A stretch of DNA of 41,340 nt from the NCBI GenBank assembly GCA_029253045.1, contig JAQXAG010000075.1, forward strand, positions 1 through 41,340. Reading direction: 5' to 3'. A model generated the notes under the pieces. The model saw nothing but the letters and a program-made list of their open reading frames with translations, made no database searches and was not told where the DNA came from. Numbering within the stretch: the stretch's first letter is position 1; every line of letters starts with the position of its first letter. Below, in pieces: positions 35,626-41,340 of this stretch. The translations under genes were made by a program, and so were the position numbers. The DNA comes from Fidelibacterota bacterium (GTDB lineage: Bacteria; Fidelibacterota; Marinisomatia; Marinisomatales; Marinisomataceae).

Positions 35626-37086
35626 CTAATATGCTTTAGCAAAAACAACAAGATGCTTCGCTGGCTCACCAGAGAAAATACATTTCAAATTTGGGTCATT
35701 TACATCTTCTAAGATACAACGAATAGTAGCCTTTGTTTGTTCTTTAACTTTGAGCTCTGAAGCATCAGATCCATCCCAGTAAGCTTTTATAAAACAGTTT
35801 TCTTTTGATAATAATTTTTTGAACTCATTGTAGTCATTTAATTCAAACGTATTTTCTTCTAAGAAGATATTTGCAGAATCATACATGGCTTTTTGAATGT
35901 CTTCAAGGGTTGATGTAAGCGTATTTAACGACTTGATCGGCATTTCTTGCTTTTCTCCTGTATCTCTTCGACAAACTGTTACATTTCCACTCTTAAATTC
36001 TTTCAAACCAACGTCAATGCGTAATGGTGCACCTTTTAATTCCCAATTATTGAACTTAAATCCAGGACTATTATTTGAGCTATCTATTGAACATCGAATA
36101 TTGCTTTCCTTTAACATGCTATGTACTGTATCAACATAGTTATCAAATTTTTTCTTCTCTTCATTCTTGGGATTAATAGGGATGATTACTACTTGATGAG
36201 GGGCAATTCTGGGAGGAATTTTTAATCCTTTATCATCGCCATGCACCATGATTAATGCACCTATCATACGCGTGCTCACTCCCCAACTTGTTGCAAAAAC
36301 AGGTTGTTCTTTATTTTCTTTACTTTGAAATTTTACATCAAATGCTGTACCAAAATTTGTACCTAAATAATGTGATGTACCCGCTTGTAGTGCTTTTTTA
36401 TCTCTCATCATCGTTTCAATAGAATAGGTTTCATCTGCACCAGCAAATCTTTCCATATTAGATTTTCTACCAATCATTGTTGGTATAGCAAGGTGGTCTT
36501 CAAATAACGATTTATACATATCAACAATCATCAGCGTTTCTTTTATTGCTTCTTCTTTTGTAGCATGCGCCGTATGGCCTTCTTGCCATAAAAATTCTGA
36601 TGTTCTTAAAAATAGCCTTGTGCGCATTTCCCAACGTACTACATTGGCCCATTGATTTATTTTAATAGGCAGGTCTCTATATGATGTCACCCACTTTTTA
36701 AACATGTGCCAAATAATTGTTTCGGAAGTTGGACGTACGATAATTTCTTCTTCTAATTTAGAGCTAGGATCTACAGTCAATATTCCATCTTCAGAAACTA
36801 GTTTTGAGTGCGTTACAACCGCACACTCTTTAGCAAACCCTTCAACATGTTTCGCTTCTTTTTCTAAAAAGCTTTTTGGAATAAAGAGTGGGAAATAAGC
36901 ATTTTCATGTCCGGTCTCTTCAATCATGTTATTTAAAACGCGCTTCACATTTCCCCAAAGTGAATATCCATACGGTTTGATTACCATTGTTCCTTTCACC
37001 GGTCCATAGTCTGCAAGGTCTGCTTCAAGGATAACGTCGGTGTACCATTTAGAGAAGTTTTCTGATTGTTTAGTTATTTTAGCCAT
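35626..37086 (-). CDS. proS: Proline--tRNA ligase, archaeal/eukaryote-like type
   Basis: NFSKWY, RPTSET, NQWANVVRWE.RTRLFLRTSEFLWQEGHT, ALQAGTSH, TSWGVSTR, C-terminal FAKAY. Confidence 0.97.
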   Translation of the reverse strand: MAKITKQSENFSKWYTDVILEADLADYGPVKGTMVIKPYGYSLWGNVKRVLNNMIEETGHENAYFPLFIPKSFLEKEAKHVEGFAKECAVVTHSKLVSEDGILTVDPSSKLEEEIIVRPTSETIIWHMFKKWVTSYRDLPIKINQWANVVRWEMRTRLFLRTSEFLWQEGHTAHATKEEAIKETLMIVDMYKSLFEDHLAIPTMIGRKSNMERFAGADETYSIETMMRDKKALQAGTSHYLGTNFGTAFDVKFQSKENKEQPVFATSWGVSTRMIGALIMVHGDDKGLKIPPRIAPHQVVIIPINPKNEEKKKFDNYVDTVHSMLKESNIRCSIDSSNNSPGFKFNNWELKGAPLRIDVGLKEFKSGNVTVCRRDTGEKQEMPIKSLNTLTSTLEDIQKAMYDSANIFLEENTFELNDYNEFKKLLSKENCFIKAYWDGSDASELKVKEQTKATIRCILEDVNDPNLKCIFSGEPAKHLVVFAKAY

Positions 37087-37142
37087 TTACTTAATCTTTA
37101 AATTGTTATAAAGTAGAGTTAATTTATACAAAATCCAATACA

Positions 37143-38510
37143 ATGAAAAAAGCAATATTTTCCACTGAAATTTCTTTATTAAGAAGAACAATACAAAGGC
37201 TTTTAAGAAGAAAAGCTAACGCAAACTTAACAAAGATATTACGCAAAACACATCCTGCAGATGTAGCTCTTCTTATGAGAGGATTTAACAGCTCTGAACA
37301 AAAGACTATTTTCAATCTATGCCCGACTTTTAATCATAGAGCTAAAGTTCTTGAAGAATTAGATGAGTCATTAATTGAAAATATGCTTGTTGATGAAAGC
37401 TCTATTAATATTTCTAAAATGTTTGTTTATTTAGATACAAATGATCAGGCTGCAATTATTAGCATGTTTCCAGAGGAAAAACAAAAAGAAATTTTAAAGA
37501 AAATTGAGGTGGAAGACTTAGAGGACGTAGAAGAAATTATGTCTTACCCAGATGATAGTGCTGGTAGTATTATGACTAAAGAAACATTCACTCTCAATCA
37601 AAATACAACGATTAAAGAGGCCATTAAAAAACTACAGTCCTTCCCAGAAAACGATAAAATATTTTATGTTTACGTCTTAGACGATAAGGAAAAGTTAGTG
37701 GGGGTCATATCTTTAAGAAATTTAGTAACCTCTAATAATACTACTAAGTTAAAAGATATGATGATAAAAGATATCCATGCTGCAACATCAGAAACTGATC
37801 AAGAAGAGGTTGCTAAAACTGTTGCACAGTATAATTATCTAGCGCTTCCTGTTGTAAATAGACAAAATAAATTTTTAGGTATTGTTACCATAGATGACGT
37901 AGTAGATATTATTAGAGAAGAAGCATCGGAAGATTTCTTACAAATGGCTGGTGTAGGAAAGGATAGAGAAATTTTATTAAAATCCCCTATTGAGAACGCA
38001 CAATCAAGAGCTCCTTGGATTTTTGCAAGCTTGATTGGGGGCGTTTGTGCTGCAGCTATTATTGGTTACTTTGACTACCTAATAAAAGAAATGATAGTTT
38101 TGGCTTCCTTCATTCCAGTTATTATTGGGATTGGAGGTAATATTGGCACACAATCATCTACTATTATTGTCCGTGGGTTGGCCACTGGAAGAGTTGATGT
38201 TGGCAATACTTTTCCTCTTATAGTAAAAGAAATTATTGTAGGTGCGATTTTAGGGATCGGTTATGGTATATTGGTTGGTGCAACTTCTGAATTAATAACC
38301 GGAATACAGTTAGAAAATCTTGGTGTGGTGATAGGGCTAAGCATTGCTTGTTCTATGACAATTGCTACTGCGGTAGGAGCTAGCGTACCACTAATACTAA
38401 AGAAATTGAATTTCGATCCAGCAATTTCAACCGGTCCATTTGTAACTACAGCTATTGATATTTTGGGCGTAGCGCTATATTTTATCATTGCTTCACTAAT
38501 ATTGTTATAG
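37143..38510 (+). CDS. mgtE: Magnesium transporter MgtE
   Basis: HPAD N-domain, SAGSIM plus CBS pair, GGNIGTQ, DPA...PFVTTAIDILG. Confidence 0.95.
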   Translation: MKKAIFSTEISLLRRTIQRLLRRKANANLTKILRKTHPADVALLMRGFNSSEQKTIFNLCPTFNHRAKVLEELDESLIENMLVDESSINISKMFVYLDTNDQAAIISMFPEEKQKEILKKIEVEDLEDVEEIMSYPDDSAGSIMTKETFTLNQNTTIKEAIKKLQSFPENDKIFYVYVLDDKEKLVGVISLRNLVTSNNTTKLKDMMIKDIHAATSETDQEEVAKTVAQYNYLALPVVNRQNKFLGIVTIDDVVDIIREEASEDFLQMAGVGKDREILLKSPIENAQSRAPWIFASLIGGVCAAAIIGYFDYLIKEMIVLASFIPVIIGIGGNIGTQSSTIIVRGLATGRVDVGNTFPLIVKEIIVGAILGIGYGILVGATSELITGIQLENLGVVIGLSIACSMTIATAVGASVPLILKKLNFDPAISTGPFVTTAIDILGVALYFIIASLILL

Positions 38511-39064
38511 TGTTGAAATTCACTCATAAAATAAATTATCTACTTATATTTTTGACTATTAATGGTCTTACTGTCGCACAATCTAAACAGTATGATATCT
38601 ATTTATATGATTCTATTAAGGGAATGACCCTATCTATAGATAGCACAACTCTCACAGTGAAAACGCTCAACTTTGGAAAATTTTTAATTGAAGATGATTT
38701 AGAATTTGTAGATCAAAACTTGGAAAGAAAAAAAAATCTAATTAATAGGTTATTGCTAAACCCTGAAATTGACATTGTTGATGCTAAGTGGGAAGATTCA
38801 GTTGAGCTCTTAGATGGCCAAGAAGTTAAAATAAGATTTTTATATGCCAAGGAAGATACGTTGGATTATAATAAAACTGAAAAAAGGGCTTTATTGTACA
38901 GGCTTGACATTAAAAGTGAGGAAGAAAAAGCTTCAGATAAATCAAATCCGCTTAATTTAGCGGTGATGAATAGCTCAATAATAAAAATATGGATTGATGA
39001 AGAGAGTAGAAGTATGCTTAAATTAAGTCTGATGTATAACGGAATATTATATACTATTAAATGA
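38510..39064 (+). CDS. Hypothetical exported protein
   Basis: GTG start overlapping the mgtE stop; signal-peptide-like N-terminus; 'IKIWIDEESR.MLK' beta-rich C-terminus. Confidence 0.6.
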   Translation: MLKFTHKINYLLIFLTINGLTVAQSKQYDIYLYDSIKGMTLSIDSTTLTVKTLNFGKFLIEDDLEFVDQNLERKKNLINRLLLNPEIDIVDAKWEDSVELLDGQEVKIRFLYAKEDTLDYNKTEKRALLYRLDIKSEEEKASDKSNPLNLAVMNSSIIKIWIDEESRSMLKLSLMYNGILYTIK

Positions 39065-39792
39065 CAATGAATATTAAAAATTACCTGGGCGTCATGTTGG
39101 CATTAAGTGCATGTGCTGCACCTACTACATCAATAGACTTAGAGTCAGAACAGCTACTATCAAAAGAAAACTTTTTATTTTATATAGATGAAACAACTAA
39201 CCTGCATTATTCAGAACTATTAACTACAATTCAATTGCCTTCGGAAGATTATGTTGTTCCATCAATATTAAATTTGCTCCCAAATGCTAGTAGAGATTAT
39301 CGATCGGGTACTCATGCAGGTATTGATTTTTCAGTTCCACTAAATGGGCCCATAGCAGCTGTTTATGATGGTATTATTATAAGGAGTAACCCTCAGCATA
39401 GTGATGTTGATATTGACACATATAACGCCCTTCTAGCTACCTCTGAAGGATTAGGCAAGACTCCTGATGATATTTATCATTTTATATTACTTGGAAAGTC
39501 AATTGTTATTGATCATGGGTATTCTATTACTTCTAAATTTAGAACTATCAGTGTATATGCGCATCTGTCTAAGATTGCAGAAAATATTGTACCTGGGACC
39601 AAAGTGGAGAAAGGTATGCTAATTGGTTTTTCTGGCAATACTGGTACATCAGATGGAGCGCTTAGGAATGAAAAAGGTGCACACCTACATTGGGAAATGC
39701 ATTTTGATGATGAGTCTGGTAGATATTTTTTAGGACAGAACATTCCATCTAACTACTTACAAAACAATATTGAATTATTGTTTGATCAATAG
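39061..39792 (+). CDS. M23 family metallopeptidase, lipoprotein
   Basis: LSA-C lipobox; HAGID (HxxxD), YAHLS, GFSGNTG, HLH. Confidence 0.9.
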   Translation: MTMNIKNYLGVMLALSACAAPTTSIDLESEQLLSKENFLFYIDETTNLHYSELLTTIQLPSEDYVVPSILNLLPNASRDYRSGTHAGIDFSVPLNGPIAAVYDGIIIRSNPQHSDVDIDTYNALLATSEGLGKTPDDIYHFILLGKSIVIDHGYSITSKFRTISVYAHLSKIAENIVPGTKVEKGMLIGFSGNTGTSDGALRNEKGAHLHWEMHFDDESGRYFLGQNIPSNYLQNNIELLFDQ

Positions 39793-39815
39793 TTTGCTTT
39801 CATAACATATCTTAT

Positions 39816-39847
39816 AAATAAAAAGGGGCTCTAAAAAGAGCCCCTTT
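39816..39847 (-). terminator. Intrinsic terminator for the PorV-family gene (possibly bidirectional)
   Basis: AAAGGGGCTCT-AAAA-AGAGCCCCTTT (39822-39847); the minus strand continues into a T-rich tail. Confidence 0.82.
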
Positions 39848-39872
39848 CAATTTGAATCCTTAACTCAACAGT

Positions 39873-40928
39873 TTAGAAATCAAAGGTAACTTGCATAGTG
39901 CTGTGATCATCGAAGTATTCGTTCGCTGTTCTCATAGCATATGAAACATGCATTGTGTAGTCACCTACTGGCACTGTTACACCTGCACCCATTGAAGCTC
40001 CCCAATTGGTTCCGCTCCACTCTTCCCAGTCAGCGTCTGAAACGTCAGCTGGTTGTGAGTCATCACCTACAGTCATTACTGTAGCTGCACCCACCCAAGC
40101 ACTACCTAACATATACTTAGCACCAAATGCTAAAGTATTTGATTGGTATGAGTGATTAGTGAAAGTTGTGCTCACATCTAAGTTGTTAAGCAATGAGTAG
40201 GTTGCAGAAAGATCTAGACTTGTTGGCAGAGCAAAGTTGTCTGCAACAATTCTAAATGTTTCAGATGATGAACCTGATTCAGCTCCCTCTGGTGTGAGGT
40301 TCTGATCAAGGTTAATACCATCATAATGCATTCTACTACCAACATTTTTCATTGCAACACCTACTGTTAGTGGTTGGTCAGGGAACTTGTATTGGACACC
40401 TACGTCAAATGCAAATCCTGTTGCAGATGTTTCTTCGATTGTCTCAGAAACCATCTTTGTTGCAACACCAACATTAACACGGTCAGAGAATGCTTTCGCA
40501 AACCCTGCTGTTGCTGTGAAAAAACTAGGAGAGAATGTTTGACCATCTCCCTCAGGAGCAAATGCAGTAGTTTTTGGGATATCACCAAAGTCTAATGACT
40601 TTAATGTCATTCCAAATGTTCCTGTTTCGCCCATCGCTATAACCATACCTGCATACATCACGTCGATGTCTGCAATGTAAGATGTAGTTGAAACTGTTCC
40701 TTGTAAACCAGAGTTGTGTCTTGCTAGACCAGCTACATTAGTAAATAATGCATCTATTCCAGCTACGGTACCAACGTTCGTTCCGCTAAGAGCTACTGTC
40801 TCAGTACCTACCGGGATAAGAAGCTGTGAGGCACCAGCGGTACCCTGTGATCTTACCGTACCAGCAGTTAGTGCTGAAACCAACACTGCGCATCCAAGGA
40901 AGATTTTAAATGTATTTTTCATTTTCAT
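39873..40928 (-). CDS. PorV/PorQ (FadL-like) family outer-membrane beta-barrel
   Basis: AAGGAG RBS; signal peptide; 'GASQLLIPVG...ALSG' and 'ALFTNVAGLA' N-terminal plug motifs; alternating beta strands; terminal Phe. Confidence 0.8.
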   Translation of the reverse strand: MKMKNTFKIFLGCAVLVSALTAGTVRSQGTAGASQLLIPVGTETVALSGTNVGTVAGIDALFTNVAGLARHNSGLQGTVSTTSYIADIDVMYAGMVIAMGETGTFGMTLKSLDFGDIPKTTAFAPEGDGQTFSPSFFTATAGFAKAFSDRVNVGVATKMVSETIEETSATGFAFDVGVQYKFPDQPLTVGVAMKNVGSRMHYDGINLDQNLTPEGAESGSSSETFRIVADNFALPTSLDLSATYSLLNNLDVSTTFTNHSYQSNTLAFGAKYMLGSAWVGAATVMTVGDDSQPADVSDADWEEWSGTNWGASMGAGVTVPVGDYTMHVSYAMRTANEYFDDHSTMQVTFDF

Positions 40929-40941
40929 ATTCTCCTTTTCC

Positions 40942-41340
40942 TTAATAAACGTCTAGACGTTGTTCTGGTTGAATTACAGCTAACTTCAGGATTTTATCTC
41001 CGTGGTTAGTCTCTACGTGTGCCACATACATTCCACTAGCAACAGGTAATTCGAAGTTATTCTTCATATCCCATGTTGCATGTTGTGATGCTGTATCATT
41101 GTGGTGAATTGTTCTTACTAAGGTACCATCAAGTGCAAAGATACGAATTGTCGCAGGACCTTCTTCAGGTAAGTGACTAAACATCACTCTACGATCAAGC
41201 GCATCACGCTCTTCTGGGTTATATCCGTAATAAGGGTTTGGCCATACTGAAATACGATCTGGATCGAACGCATTAGCCATCATACCTAATCCTTCAGTAG
41301 TAAACGTAAACGTGTCTGCTGATGAATTTGGTTTACTCAT
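40942..41340 (-). CDS. C-terminal part of a secreted protein with a T9SS type-A-like sorting domain (5' end outside window)
   Basis: VWPNPY, TIRIFALDGTLVRT, WD..N, VASGMY, KLAVI motifs; the frame is open to the window edge. Confidence 0.8.
   Translation of the reverse strand: MSKPNSSADTFTFTTEGLGMMANAFDPDRISVWPNPYYGYNPEERDALDRRVMFSHLPEEGPATIRIFALDGTLVRTIHHNDTASQHATWDMKNNFELPVASGMYVAHVETNHGDKILKLAVIQPEQRLDVY

Noticed and set aside
794-40956. Many short alternative-frame or antisense ORFs in the track (e.g. 4285-4710, 10086-10532, 27099-27470, 38261-38527)
   Set aside because: They lie within or opposite well-supported genes, have no recognisable motifs, and look like shadows of codon bias.
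41338-41340. ATG at the window edge as the true start of the CTD protein
   Set aside because: No signal peptide follows it; it is most likely an internal Met of a longer gene cut by the window.
1-41340. CRISPR array, IS elements, rRNA, inteins, programmed frameshifts
   Set aside because: No regularly spaced repeats, transposase motifs or rRNA-like tracts were seen by eye; core proteins have normal lengths and unbroken frames.

Overview
AT-rich, tightly packed core chromosome of a bacterium. The gene mix (PorV-family barrel plus a T9SS-type CTD protein, archaeal/eukaryote-type ProRS, zinc-free L31, LytR_C-rsfS-argS, GlmU N-terminal domain only) suggests the FCB superphylum, probably a streamlined marine Marinimicrobia/Marinisomatota; this is inference, not a database result. 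It holds about 36 CDS, mostly housekeeping (mnmA, rsfS, argS, gcvP, carAB, ligA, dnaE, prmC, prfA, rpmE2, rho, folC, amiA, eno, ftsB, recO, proS, mgtE). I also read by hand a tmRNA (6324-6668, minus, tag (A)ADYGQMAVA), a tRNA-Lys(UUU) (6913-6984) and the start of a PfkB-like kinase at the left edge. No transposase, integrase, prophage or CRISPR array was seen. Best novelty candidates: (1) a stand-alone unit of two paralogous ~70-aa hydrophobic proteins (31541-32046) with a near-consensus promoter, strong RBSs, a structured ~135-nt leader containing a terminator-like hairpin, and a long intergenic stem; (2) an orphan terminator/putative sRNA upstream of tmRNA with complementarity to the pre-tmRNA leader; (3) missing structural zinc ligands in LigA, RecO, ProRS and L31; (4) a compact Tat-lipoprotein flavin amine oxidase next to the tmRNA 3' end; (5) a CTD protein-PorV-family pair.
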